Origin: Minisyncoccia bacterium
GTDB taxonomy: Bacteria; Patescibacteriota; Minisyncoccia; Moranbacterales; GCA-2747515
DNA: 64,000 bases
Assembly (NCBI GenBank): GCA_041738235.1
Contig: JBGSQF010000013.1
Location: 193,899 to 257,898 of the forward strand
Direction of reading: 5' to 3'
Part shown: positions 27,763 through 38,055 of the stretch, piece after piece
Position numbering within the stretch: the stretch's first letter is position 1
Layout: every line of letters begins with the position of its first letter
Position numbers and translations under genes: made by a program
Notes under the pieces: model-generated
What the model saw: only the letters and a program-made list of their open reading frames with translations
Told to the model about the DNA's origin: nothing
The model's database searches: none

Positions 27763-29853
27763 CTATCTTACAATTGCTACGCGTGCATCCAAGACCTTTC
27801 CTCCGTTCCCTTTTGAAAATATGATCAGAGGATTTATATCAGCCTCGACGATCTCCGGATGCTCCTCAAGGATTCGCGATATTCTGCCAATACTTTCTAA
27901 AAGAACCTCTTCATCCAAAAGTTCTCCACCCCGAGCACCACGGAGCAATGCTTTAGACTTGAGTTTTTCGACCATTGATATTGCATCATCCTTCGATACA
28001 GGCACAGCCCCAAAAGCCACGTCACGAAATACCTCAACATAAACACCTCCGAACCCCACCATCACCGCATGCCCCAAATTAGGATCTTTTACACTTCCTA
28101 GTATAAATTCCACGCCCTTTTCCGTGATCATTTCCGCCACAAGTATTCCATCAATATGTGCATCCGGTACGTTTTTTGCTATACGTTCCATCATCGCTTC
28201 AAATTCTTGCTCTGCCGTATCTGGAGTGACAGAAAGAGCCACTCCTCCCACATCACTCTTGTGTGCAATATCAGAAGAAAGGATCTTAAAAGCTGCTAAA
28301 CCCCCTACTGATTCAACAGCGTTACGCGCTTCTAACCCACTATGAATATTCACGCTTCGCGTCACCGAGAATCCATACGCTTCGAAAAACTCCAGCGCAT
28401 CCGAAAAGGACATATCCCCACCTTGAGTATATCTCGCAATGATCTCCTGAGCTTTACCACTCTTTTCAAAAGTAAAGTAAAGGTCATCACCCTGAGACCG
28501 TTGAGAGAGTTGAGCAAAATGATACATCATATCCAGCGAACGAATCGCTTTTTGTGGAAATCGACTTACAGGGATCTGCTCCTTGCGAAGCATTGTGATA
28601 CCTTTCTCTACATCCGTTGCACCCATGAAAACTACATAGAGCACCTTTGGGGAAGTGTGAGATAGATCAATGATCGCCTGTGCCGTTTCAGAGATTTGCG
28701 TCATTGACTGCGGTGTGAGAACAACAACCACAGAGTCCACACCCTCATCTCCCAAGAGAAGCTCCAGTGACTGACGATACCGCGAAGCATCAGCATCACC
28801 CAAAATATCGACTGGGTTATGCGAATTAGCCGCCGCAGGAAGAAAACCCTTCAGTTTCTTCTGTGTTTGCTCTGACAACTTCGCCAATTGAAGACCGCGC
28901 AAGATCACTTCATCGGTCGTGAGGACCCCAGGACCACCAGCATTCGTAAGCACCGCAACACGGTTTCCTTTTGGAAATCGTTTGGACGAAAACCCAGCTA
29001 AATATTCAAATAGATCATCAAAGTCACGGACACGAATAACACCCGCTTTTTCAAAAAGAGCATCATACACAGCATCGTTTCCGGCAATGGCGCCCGTGTG
29101 TGAAGCTGAAGCACCTGCGCCAATACTGGTAACTCCCGACTTTACAATAAGCACCGGCTTCCCACCTGCTTGAAGTTGTCGAACTGTCTCAACAAATCCT
29201 TTTGCATCGGTTAGCTGTTCCGCATACAAAACCACGATCTCCGTTTCAGGGTCATCTGCCAAAAAACGCATTAGCGCCACCTCATCGATCTGTGCTTTGT
29301 TTCCAAGACTCACGAACTTCGAGAATCCTAAGTTCATCTCTTCCGCATAGTCAAGCATAGCTGTACAAAGCGCCCCACTTTGGGACAAAAAGGCTATTGA
29401 ACCCACCCTTGGGAGACGTGTAGCAAAAGAAGCATTCATAGAAAAATGGGGGTTGATCACTCCCAAACAGTTCGGTCCCAACAGCGCAACACCGGCTGCA
29501 TCGCACATTGAACGGATCTTTTCTTCTGCTTCCACATTCCCAATTTCTCGAAAACCCGCAGAGATCACAACAACAGCAGAAACACCCTTCCCTACCGACT
29601 CGGTAACCACCTGAACAACCGCGCCTGCCGGAACTACTACGATAGAAAGATCGACCGGCTCAGGAATGTCACCGATACTTTCGTAACATTTTTTTCCATA
29701 CAATTCCGTTGCGTGGGGATTGACCGGGTACACTTCCCCTTGGAAACCCTGAGTAACCAAATTTTTCACAATGTCATTCCCAACATTCCCCTCTCGCGTG
29801 GAGGCACCGATAACAGCGATCGACCTTGGTTTAAAAAGCGCATCGTAGTTCAT
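27763..29853 (-). CDS. Acetate--CoA ligase (ADP-forming), fused alpha/beta
   Basis: IAVIGAS, GPNCLG, SQSGA, SHTGAIAG, TNAGGPGV, HKSDVGGV, DINPL; start at MNYDALF. Confidence 0.95.
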   Translation of the reverse strand: MNYDALFKPRSIAVIGASTREGNVGNDIVKNLVTQGFQGEVYPVNPHATELYGKKCYESIGDIPEPVDLSIVVVPAGAVVQVVTESVGKGVSAVVVISAGFREIGNVEAEEKIRSMCDAAGVALLGPNCLGVINPHFSMNASFATRLPRVGSIAFLSQSGALCTAMLDYAEEMNLGFSKFVSLGNKAQIDEVALMRFLADDPETEIVVLYAEQLTDAKGFVETVRQLQAGGKPVLIVKSGVTSIGAGASASHTGAIAGNDAVYDALFEKAGVIRVRDFDDLFEYLAGFSSKRFPKGNRVAVLTNAGGPGVLTTDEVILRGLQLAKLSEQTQKKLKGFLPAAANSHNPVDILGDADASRYRQSLELLLGDEGVDSVVVVLTPQSMTQISETAQAIIDLSHTSPKVLYVVFMGATDVEKGITMLRKEQIPVSRFPQKAIRSLDMMYHFAQLSQRSQGDDLYFTFEKSGKAQEIIARYTQGGDMSFSDALEFFEAYGFSVTRSVNIHSGLEARNAVESVGGLAAFKILSSDIAHKSDVGGVALSVTPDTAEQEFEAMMERIAKNVPDAHIDGILVAEMITEKGVEFILGSVKDPNLGHAVMVGFGGVYVEVFRDVAFGAVPVSKDDAISMVEKLKSKALLRGARGGELLDEEVLLESIGRISRILEEHPEIVEADINPLIIFSKGNGGKVLDARVAIVR

Positions 29854-29928
29854 AGAATATTTTATTTTAGAAAAAGTTAATGCACGCAACCCGATCAGTG
29901 CCTTCTGATCAAAATACCTCCGACCACA

Positions 29929-31509
29929 TCACATCTTCTCAGGAACGCTCACCCCACATAAATCCAATGTCTCAGCAAGAGCCGTTTTGACAGCCACGAC
30001 CAATGCCAATCGTGCAGAAGCGATCCTTAGATCCTTTTCCCCAGTAATATGACATTCCGCATAGAACGAATGGAAAAGGTCTGCCAGCTCACGCCCGTAT
30101 TGCGGGATCCGATGCGTTTCATAGGTATCAGCCACAACCTCTATAAGATCAGGAAAAGCTCTTAATTTTCGAAGAAGCGCTTTTTCTTTTGGATGCACCA
30201 AAGTTGAAAAGTCTTTTTCCTCCATCCTCAATCCCTTTTCTTTTGCCTTTCGCATAATACTTGCCATTCTTGCGTGCGCATATTGTACATAATATACGGG
30301 GTTTTTCTCAGATCGCTCCAACGCTAGATCGATATCGAAATTAATATGCGATGTAGCCGAATAAGAAATAAACCCAAAACGCACCGCATCTCTTCCCACT
30401 TCCTCAATAAGGTCATCCAAGGCAAAATACGTCCCCTTGCGTTTTGACATCTTCACCTCTTTTCCATCGCGCATCACTCGAACAAATTGTGTAAGGATCG
30501 TCTTGTAAGATCCTTCCTGTTTTTCCAATATTTTTTCCACAAATACTTTCATTTCCTTTGCCTCGCTGTGATGATCGGCACCGAGAACGGTGATGAGTCG
30601 ATCAAACCCTCGATCAAATTTATCCTTATGGTATGCAAAGTCAGCCAGACGATAGGTATAACGTCCATCTGTTTTCACTAATACACGATCTTTGTCATCT
30701 CCAAATTCCGTCGATCGGTACCATTGAGCCCCTTCTTTTTCGTAGACCAACCCTTTACCCTTTAAAAACGAAAGAACCGCCTCAACCTTCCCATCAGTAT
30801 GCAAGCTCTTCTCAGAGAAGAATCGGTCAAAAGAAATACCAAGTCGTTCACAGGTTGGCTGAATGTCCTCCTTAAGGATCTTCTCCGCAGCCCAGAATCC
30901 CACCTCTCGCGGATCCGTTGGTTCTGCCGGTCTTTGCTTGGCAAGTTCATCAATATACGCCCCGGAGTACTGTTTTTCTTCATCTCCCAGAATAGAATGT
31001 CCCAATATCTTTACTTGATTACCAAAATCGTTGACATAGAATTCGCTCCACACTTTATAGCCTGCTTTTTTGAGAACCTCCGCCAATACACTTCCGATCG
31101 GTCCTCCTCGAGCATTCCCCAAATGAATGGGCCCCGTAGGATTGGAAGATATATATTCCAGAAGAACTTTCTGGCCTTTTCCTACTTGAGATCCCCCAAA
31201 CTGTTCCTGCTCCTGAAGCACTTGAGAAATGATATTTTGTAATGAAGTAGCTGTGCTATAGATATTCACATATCCAGGCATGACCGCCTCTACATGATCG
31301 ATCTGTTCTCCCCGCAAAACTGAGGCGATCTCACGGGCGATCTCGATAGGTGCTTTGTGCAGTTTTTTTGATAACAAAAAGGCCACGTTGGTAGTGTAAT
31401 CCCCCATCGCTTCCTCAGGCGGATACTCTACCAAAATGTCCTCCGATGAGATGTCCCACCCAAGGCCCTGAATAGCGTCAAAAATGGTCTGCTGTATATA
31501 TTGCTTCAT
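29929..31509 (-). CDS. argS: Arginine--tRNA ligase
   Basis: SSNPTGPIHLGNAR, KMSKRKG, NPVYYVQYAHAR; start at MKQYIQ. Confidence 0.97.
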   Translation of the reverse strand: MKQYIQQTIFDAIQGLGWDISSEDILVEYPPEEAMGDYTTNVAFLLSKKLHKAPIEIAREIASVLRGEQIDHVEAVMPGYVNIYSTATSLQNIISQVLQEQEQFGGSQVGKGQKVLLEYISSNPTGPIHLGNARGGPIGSVLAEVLKKAGYKVWSEFYVNDFGNQVKILGHSILGDEEKQYSGAYIDELAKQRPAEPTDPREVGFWAAEKILKEDIQPTCERLGISFDRFFSEKSLHTDGKVEAVLSFLKGKGLVYEKEGAQWYRSTEFGDDKDRVLVKTDGRYTYRLADFAYHKDKFDRGFDRLITVLGADHHSEAKEMKVFVEKILEKQEGSYKTILTQFVRVMRDGKEVKMSKRKGTYFALDDLIEEVGRDAVRFGFISYSATSHINFDIDLALERSEKNPVYYVQYAHARMASIMRKAKEKGLRMEEKDFSTLVHPKEKALLRKLRAFPDLIEVVADTYETHRIPQYGRELADLFHSFYAECHITGEKDLRIASARLALVVAVKTALAETLDLCGVSVPEKM

Positions 31510-31599
31510 ATTCCGCAGTATATCTGTTTTCCTTGAAAAAATCAAAATTACCCCCATTAAAAACAAAGACCCGCCGAAGCAGATCTCTGCCGGTAGGGT

Positions 31600-32058
31600 T
31601 TACCTCACTATCTCAAATCCTTCTCTTCGAACATCTTTCTTCAACTCTGCGGTAAGGACCTCTCCACCCGGAACAAACAGCTTCTTTTTCCCGGAAAGAT
31701 ATAGATGCGATACCCAGATACCATTCACAAGAGCGCACTTCGTCCACCCTTGAACCCGTGGATGCAAAAGACCTCCCTCCATTGCTTCCCATATTTGTAA
31801 GATTCCCCGAGTAAACGAAGTTCCAGTAGAAATATAATCCAGAACATGTCTTACCCTGTCCGGACGATGCCGCTCCTCTCCATCTCCTTTAAGCCATTCG
31901 CATCGAAATCCCTTGCATGATTCTGGACGAGACTGATATATTTGGCAACCCTGTCCAGGAATACAGTGGGGACACCATTTCCCAACCGGTTTATCAAGCT
32001 CGCAAATCTTATGCGTCTTGCAGCATGCGGTACACGGGCCACATGTTCGAATCATCAC
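31600..32058 (-). CDS. YkgJ-like Cys-cluster (Zn/Fe-chelating) protein
   Basis: CGPCTACC...CPHC...GCQIYQSRPESCKGFRC. Confidence 0.85.
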   Translation of the reverse strand: MMIRTCGPCTACCKTHKICELDKPVGKWCPHCIPGQGCQIYQSRPESCKGFRCEWLKGDGEERHRPDRVRHVLDYISTGTSFTRGILQIWEAMEGGLLHPRVQGWTKCALVNGIWVSHLYLSGKKKLFVPGGEVLTAELKKDVRREGFEIVR

Positions 32059-32248
32059 GTGCTTACTCCTCTAAGGAACTGAATGTATTCATCGTAACAT
32101 TAGACCCACATATGTCAAAACATACTCAATTGAAAAGATTCTCTTTTCAAAACGTATCAATAAGTAGAATACCTCGGTATCTTGCCACATTTTAAATATT
32201 CCTCTATAATAAAATCAAATGACAACTCTAAAATATAAAAATAAAAGT

Positions 32249-33019
32249 ATGTCGGATGAAACCACACAGACAGGAGAGTTGAGCCAAGATCAGGCAATGA
32301 AGATGCAGTCACTCCGCGAAATGATCTCCAACGCCGAAAAGACCATCCAAGGTGCCAAGGCGATGCTTTTGCAATTGGAGGGGAAAAAGAAGGCGGGACG
32401 CCGTCGAAAAATGGAGGAAGATGAAGATGGTGGGACGATCGTACAAGGAACCTTTGACGGTCAGATTATGCTTGGATCCGACGGAAAACAGTATCCCGTA
32501 CCAGCAAACTACGCATCAAAATCGAAACTTGTTGAAGGTGATCTCTTGAAACTCCACATTACGCCGGAAGGATCCTTTATTTACAAACAAATTGGTCCGG
32601 TAGAACGAAAACATGCTCTTGGTATTGTCACCCAGGACGAAGGTGGAAACTATATTGTGATCGCCGACGGGAAACCTTACCGCATACTCCTTGCTTCCAT
32701 CACCTACTTTAAAGCTCAACCAGGCGATGAAGCGGCAATAGTCACCTCGCGTGATATCGATAGCCACTGGGCATCCCTTGAAAACATCGTACAAAAAGCA
32801 AAGTACGGTGCTGAAGACCTCTCTTCATTGGGAAGCATAAAGACGAAGCAAGCCGCCCCGAATTCGCAAAAAATCATAGACGACCCCCAAGAAACTCAGG
32901 AAGAGGATGAAGAGGATGACGAAAATTCTGAAGATCTTTTGGAGGAGTGGCGTGCCGATATCGAGGCCATAGAAAAAGAGATTGCCGAAAGCGAGAAACA
33001 AAAGACACCAGCGGAATAA
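32249..33019 (+). CDS. Conserved hypothetical protein with acidic tail
   Basis: GTFDGQIM..DGKQYPVPANYASKSKLVEGD, a family I recognise from CPR genomes. Confidence 0.8.
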   Translation: MSDETTQTGELSQDQAMKMQSLREMISNAEKTIQGAKAMLLQLEGKKKAGRRRKMEEDEDGGTIVQGTFDGQIMLGSDGKQYPVPANYASKSKLVEGDLLKLHITPEGSFIYKQIGPVERKHALGIVTQDEGGNYIVIADGKPYRILLASITYFKAQPGDEAAIVTSRDIDSHWASLENIVQKAKYGAEDLSSLGSIKTKQAAPNSQKIIDDPQETQEEDEEDDENSEDLLEEWRADIEAIEKEIAESEKQKTPAE

Positions 33020-33032
33020 TCACACTAATTAA

Positions 33033-33701
33033 ATGTCTTTCTCTCCCTCGGAAGAAGGGAGAGAATCTTTATGGAACGGTATGAACACACAAAAAAGTTC
33101 CGCCTCTCTTACTTCTCGAGACCTCGTATTCGGAGCGATCAATGGTGCGGTATTCGGTCTCATGGCATCATTCGTAGCCAAAAATCTTGGGCACACTCTT
33201 AGTCCGGTCATTTCATTTCTTGGATTTTCAATACTAGCCGTGGTTGGTATCTATATTGGATATCTTCTCTCAAAGGTCAAGCCCTTTTTCTTCCAACTTG
33301 CCAAATTTGCCGCTGTTGGAGCCGCTAATTTTTCCATTGACTTTGGAGTATACAATCTCCTCATTCTCTTCACTCAGGTCAACACGGGACTCGGTATCGA
33401 CCTCTTTAAAGGGATCTCGTTCCTCGCTGCAGTGACCAACAGCTACTTTTGGAACAAACACTGGTCATTCTCCAAGGAAGACTCGAACTCATCCGAGAAA
33501 GAGTTTGTACTGTTTCTTACTGTGAGCGTCATAGGAGCTGTGCTCAGCATCGGCATGGTACATGTCCTTGTAAACATCATCGGAAGCCCCGCCTCTAACA
33601 TCTCTGCCAATATGTGGGCCAACATCGCGAATATCGCAGCAACGCTTGTGGTACTCATGTGGAACTTTCTCGGGTATAAGTACATCGTGTTCAAGAAGTA
33701 A
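33033..33701 (+). CDS. GtrA-family membrane protein (possible start at 33081)
   Basis: QLAKFAAVG..NFSIDFG, NSYFWNKHWSF, WNFLGYKYIVFKK. Confidence 0.9.
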   Translation: MSFSPSEEGRESLWNGMNTQKSSASLTSRDLVFGAINGAVFGLMASFVAKNLGHTLSPVISFLGFSILAVVGIYIGYLLSKVKPFFFQLAKFAAVGAANFSIDFGVYNLLILFTQVNTGLGIDLFKGISFLAAVTNSYFWNKHWSFSKEDSNSSEKEFVLFLTVSVIGAVLSIGMVHVLVNIIGSPASNISANMWANIANIAATLVVLMWNFLGYKYIVFKK

Positions 33702-33717
33702 CTTTCTTCCTCTTCGC

Positions 33718-33748
33718 AAAACCCCTTCTTATTTGAAGGGGTTTTGTT
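33718..33748 (+). terminator. Rho-independent terminator
   Basis: AAAACCCCTTC-TTATTT-GAAGGGGTTTT. Confidence 0.7.
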
Positions 33749-33864
33749 ATAGAACCTTTTGCACCCCAATACAAAACACCTTTCTCTTTCCTTAAAAATC
33801 GGCTATACTATACTTCGTCATGACTTAGTAGACTAGGTGAACCTATAAACTTTACGGACATCTT

Positions 33865-35490
33865 ATGGAAACACTCTACCGAAAATACCGTCCCAAGAAC
33901 TTTTCTGAGGTAGAAGGACAAACACACATCGTTAAAACCCTCAAAAATACTATAACAGCCGGACGAATAGGTCACGCCTACCTTTTTACCGGACCCCGAG
34001 GAACAGGAAAGACCACCATTGCTCGAATATTCTCCCTTGCGCTCAACTGTCTCAAACCAAAGAATGGCGACCCCTGTGGCAAATGCACCAGTTGCCTCAA
34101 GATCCTTAAGGGATCCTCTCTCAGCATCATAGAGATCGACGCTGCTTCCCATACCGGAGTAGACAATATTCGACAACTGCGTGAAGAAGCGATCCTTCCA
34201 CCACTCGATGGCGCACGCTACAAGGTCTACATCATCGACGAAGTGCATATGCTTTCCAAAGGTGCCTTTAACGCACTGCTCAAGATACTCGAAGAACCAC
34301 CCAAGCACATCATATTCATTCTCGCCACCACCGAAATACAAAAGGTCCCCGAGACCATTATATCTCGCTGTCAACGATATGACTTTGGTCGACTCCCTCT
34401 CGGAAACATCATCGACAAACTTTCTCGCATCGCCAAAGAAGAAAAGGTAAAGCTCGATCCGGAAGTATTGGAGATGGTGGCTGTGGCTTCAGCGGGAGGT
34501 ATGCGAGATGCAGAATCCCTCCTCTCTCAACTCTTTTCAGCCAACGATAAAGACATCTCCGCAAAGGAAGCAGAAGAGATCCTTGGTTTTTCCCATCGTC
34601 ATACTGTTCGTGCCTTCATTGACGCCCTCGTCGAAAACAATATACTTCAAGCGCTCCGCTACATCGAAGAAGCATCAGAGAACGGATACAATCTCGACCA
34701 CTTCGTAGAAACTCTGCTGTACCAATTAAGACGAATGCTTTTTCTTCGCGTCTCACCCGATATGCAAAATGATCTCAAAAATGAAATGACCAAAGAAGAA
34801 CTCACCAAGGTGCTTGAGCAGATCAAGCCTCTCTCGCTCTCTTGGATCGTTCGTGCCATTGATACCTTCCTTGCGGCACGTATCTCCATGCGATCCTCTT
34901 TTCTCCCTCAGATCCCTCTCGAAACAGCTGTGGTAAAGATCCTCGATACAGCGTCTACCACAACACCTCCTCCCACTCCTCCCGCTAACAACACACAACC
35001 AAAAACGCAACCCACTTCCGCACCTCAAAAAGAGAATGTTCCAACAACAAAACTTGCTCAAGAGGTCAAGGTCGATACCCCCAAGATATCGAATGCTGAA
35101 GATACCCCTTCCCCATCTTCTCCATCTGAAGAAGATCTTCCAGAGCCTTCCAGATCGCCCCAACGAGCCTCATTTTCCCTCGAGGAGGTCTTTACCATAT
35201 GGCAACAGTGCCTTGACCAAACAAAGGAAAAAAATGCACTCCTTGGAACATTTTTACGCAATAGTAGCGTGACCAAAACAGAAGGAAACTCGGTGTTCAT
35301 TACCACCTCCAGTGAATTCTACAAAAGCGCTCTCGAGAAACAAGAAAATCGTTTGACAATAGAGACTATTCTAGGTATCCTTTTAAACACTCGTGTTTCT
35401 ATTCACATCAGTATTGGAGTTCCTGAGGCAGAAAAACCGGATCCACTCATCCAAAATGTCATAGAGGCATTTAGAAATGCGATCGGATAA
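33865..35490 (+). CDS. dnaX: DNA polymerase III gamma/tau
   Basis: LYRKYRP, GPRGTGKTT, IDEVHMLS, SRC. Confidence 0.97.
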   Translation: METLYRKYRPKNFSEVEGQTHIVKTLKNTITAGRIGHAYLFTGPRGTGKTTIARIFSLALNCLKPKNGDPCGKCTSCLKILKGSSLSIIEIDAASHTGVDNIRQLREEAILPPLDGARYKVYIIDEVHMLSKGAFNALLKILEEPPKHIIFILATTEIQKVPETIISRCQRYDFGRLPLGNIIDKLSRIAKEEKVKLDPEVLEMVAVASAGGMRDAESLLSQLFSANDKDISAKEAEEILGFSHRHTVRAFIDALVENNILQALRYIEEASENGYNLDHFVETLLYQLRRMLFLRVSPDMQNDLKNEMTKEELTKVLEQIKPLSLSWIVRAIDTFLAARISMRSSFLPQIPLETAVVKILDTASTTTPPPTPPANNTQPKTQPTSAPQKENVPTTKLAQEVKVDTPKISNAEDTPSPSSPSEEDLPEPSRSPQRASFSLEEVFTIWQQCLDQTKEKNALLGTFLRNSSVTKTEGNSVFITTSSEFYKSALEKQENRLTIETILGILLNTRVSIHISIGVPEAEKPDPLIQNVIEAFRNAIG

Positions 35491-35561
35491 AGATAGAACG
35501 ATCCCTTCCCCTGTATTTCCCATTATAGGAAGGTTTGTTGTTGTTCAGGGATCAATAAAAT

Positions 35562-35633
35562 TGGGGCGTAGCCAAGCGGTAAGGCAGGGGCCTTTGAAGC
35601 CCCCATGCGTAGGTTCGAATCCTACCGCCCCAG
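35562..35633 (+). tRNA. tRNA-Gln (TTG)
   Basis: Acceptor stem TGGGGCG/CGCCCCA, anticodon stem GGGGC-CTTTGAA-GCCCC, T-loop GTTCGAATC; CCA not encoded. Confidence 0.96.
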
Positions 35634-35638
35634 CTAAC

Positions 35639-35672
35639 AAAATATTCCACCCTTCTTGGGTGGAATATTTTT
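35639..35672 (+). terminator. Terminator after tRNA-Gln
   Basis: AAAATATTCCACCC-TTCTT-GGGTGGAATATTTT. Confidence 0.8.
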
Positions 35673-35683
35673 GTTTAGACACA

Positions 35684-35823
35684 GTAGGATTTGAACGGGA
35701 GGGGATCGGGGAACGGAAGCTCCCCGTCGGGGGTGACCAAGTCTATCTGTTCTAATAAATAGATGAGGACAAGAGGACGGAAGCCTTATTGAAGCGAAGC
35801 GTGTGAGATTCCTACCGCTCTAG
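35684..35823. repeat. tRNA-derived element (inverted T-arm copy ... direct copy of the tRNA 3' end)
   Basis: GTAGGATTTGAAC matches the reverse complement of GTTCGAATCCTAC at 12/13; GATTCCTACCGCTCTAG resembles GAATCCTACCGCCCCAG. Confidence 0.7.
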
Positions 35824-35869
35824 TACCCTACTAAAAATACCCCTATAAAGCCATTTTTTTGTTACGTGC

Positions 35870-35898
35870 TTGACAATGAGTATAAAATATGCTATACT
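35870..35898 (+). promoter_or_regulatory. Near-consensus sigma70 promoter
   Basis: TTGACA-N17-TATACT with an extended TG. Confidence 0.75.
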
Positions 35899-36415
35899 CT
35901 CATGTTACAGTACAGTTCTTTACAAGGATGTCATTGCTAATTCTTCCTATATCGAAGGGTATTGGGCTGGAAAAGTTGGAGAGAATTGGCAAGCTCTTAT
36001 CCAAGCCTCCTACTTCTCCCTGGGTTACCTCAACAGCACCAGGGACGCCGACACCATCCAGATTAAGAGTCGACTGCAGTACACAGGGTGGATGGTTCGA
36101 CCTTTCGTTGATGTTCGAGGGCAATACTTTCTCCCCACCGGGGAGGCAGGTGTTGCCTATTCCGCCTTCGGTGCTGAATGGAGTACTGAGACCCGCCTCG
36201 GGACACTCTCTCTATCGGGACTGACAGCATATGACTCAACGCCGTTTCTCCCCAACCATGCCTGGCTCGGAGAGGTCGATGCCGGCCTCTGGCATTCCTT
36301 GGGCAAAAATACTCAAGTTGGCGCTTGGGGGAAGTGGATCACTCCCCTCTCCAGCTTCAATAGCGAAGAACGTGGAGGCCTTGTCGCCGGGATCGGATTC
36401 AAGCATGTTTTCTAA
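35870..36415 (+). CDS. Beta-strand-rich, beta-barrel-like protein; start uncertain, possibly 5'-truncated
   Basis: Aromatic/Gly-rich alternating strands, C-terminus AGIGFKHVF; the first codons coincide with the promoter. Confidence 0.55.
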   Translation: MTMSIKYAILSCYSTVLYKDVIANSSYIEGYWAGKVGENWQALIQASYFSLGYLNSTRDADTIQIKSRLQYTGWMVRPFVDVRGQYFLPTGEAGVAYSAFGAEWSTETRLGTLSLSGLTAYDSTPFLPNHAWLGEVDAGLWHSLGKNTQVGAWGKWITPLSSFNSEERGGLVAGIGFKHVF

Positions 36416-36759
36416 CTAATGATGGGGATGTACAAGGACGTGCACTCCTCCAGAAGGATCTTTCAGGATAAGAAAGATCTTCGATCAGCAAGGAAGCTCA
36501 ACATATCTATGTTGGGCTTTTAAAATTCTTAGATTTGCTTACGGTGTGCAAGATATGAGTTCCATATCATCCCCTATTCGTATAGCTTCATAAAAAAATA
36601 GCCCAGAAGAGCTATTTTTTATTTTTTTTCAATGAATACAGGTAGCTAGAATACAGATGGCTACTGAGCCCCTACCCTCTCGCCGTCAAGGTCGCTCGGG
36701 GACCCGCTCTCTTGGCTGTGAGTGTCATGCATTACAGATATCGGAGCTAGAACCTCAAT

Positions 36760-37264
36760 TTAAAACATTCTCAAATGTTTTACCAAGAAAGCATCATTCT
36801 GCGCGTGGGCTGTTGGAATATGAATAATGGGAAGATTGGCATTTTTGTATACTTTATCTACAAATTCGTCTCGTTTCCTTCTCCAATAATTTCTATGTGA
36901 TTCCCCATCCAATTCTATGGCAACGAGAGGGAAAGAAGTTTTCCGATCGCACAAAAGAAAGTCAACGTGCTTGGATTGTATCTTGTTTCGTAAAACGGCC
37001 TTTGTACTTTGGCTTTGATTTTGTACAACACTAAAAATATCCCAAAGGCGCACTTTCGAAAGAACGACGTATTTATCCCCCACAACGCGTGTGATCGATC
37101 GTATCGTAAAATTTTCTTTCCGAATGGTTAAACAGTGCTCGTATCACATACATTGGCTCGGTCATTTCCTCTACCATCTTCCTCTGTCGTTTTTTTAGGT
37201 ATGCCCCAAACAAGACTAGAAAGAGAAAAAGTATAATGAGAACGAGCAGAAAGATGTATTGCAT
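36760..37264 (-). pseudogene. DUF2726-family membrane-anchored protein, frameshifted
   Basis: TM anchor + LFNHSERKFY / KVRLWDI, KHVDFLLCD, AIELDGESH, RDEFVD; removing one GATC at 37093-37100 gives one 166-aa ORF. Confidence 0.85.
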
Positions 37265-37462
37265 ATTTTTTTCAATAAAAAAGATCCCACATCGGCAATA
37301 CTCTTTCTGGCACTCATGCCACTTTCGAGATATAACCAAATACATGATACCGATCGCGAGACCGTTACTATGTACTTGAATTTGAGACCATGCCCTAGCA
37401 AAAACTATGGTTTAGGCCTATAATTCAGTTGTTGGCAATATTATATCACATTCTGAAACATT

Positions 37463-38053
37463 ATGCTTGTTGTTTGCAACACAGAAAACCTAGTTCAAGA
37501 TGTGTCAAGCATTATTACTGCTTTAGCTACAATTGCGGGTGTTTTGCTTGCAATAAAAGGATTTAGCACATGGAAAGATCAATTAAAAGGAAAGACTAAC
37601 TATGAGCTTGCAAGGAGATATTTGAGGGCCGTTTACAAGGTCAGAGATGCAATAAAATTTGTCAGAAATCCTTTTATACCAGTTGAAGAAATGAATGCAA
37701 CACTACAAGAAACCGGAAAAGACCTCGGCAGTAATAACAAAGAAACAAATAGGGCTGTCTATAGTCTTCGATGGAAAAAAGTCAATGAGGCTGAGTCTGA
37801 TTTGAAAGTCGAGCTTTGGGAGGCTGAGGTGTCATGGGGAAAGAAGGCATTGTCAGTTGAAGAAGATTTTCATGATTGTATAGTAAAAATATTTGTTGCT
37901 CTAAAAATGTATCTGGATACTGGAAATGCTTACGAAAGAAAAAAAGAGGATAGAGATTTAATTTATGACATGGGAGAAGATGACAAATTTAATCAAAATG
38001 TAGAGCAGGCCATAAAGAAGATCGAGAATTACCTTGCTCCACACTTAAAATAA
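37463..38053 (+). CDS. Hypothetical protein with N-terminal TM (AT-rich)
   Basis: 196-aa ORF; TM followed by STWKDQLKGK. Confidence 0.8.
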   Translation: MLVVCNTENLVQDVSSIITALATIAGVLLAIKGFSTWKDQLKGKTNYELARRYLRAVYKVRDAIKFVRNPFIPVEEMNATLQETGKDLGSNNKETNRAVYSLRWKKVNEAESDLKVELWEAEVSWGKKALSVEEDFHDCIVKIFVALKMYLDTGNAYERKKEDRDLIYDMGEDDKFNQNVEQAIKKIENYLAPHLK

Positions 38054-38055
38054 GC

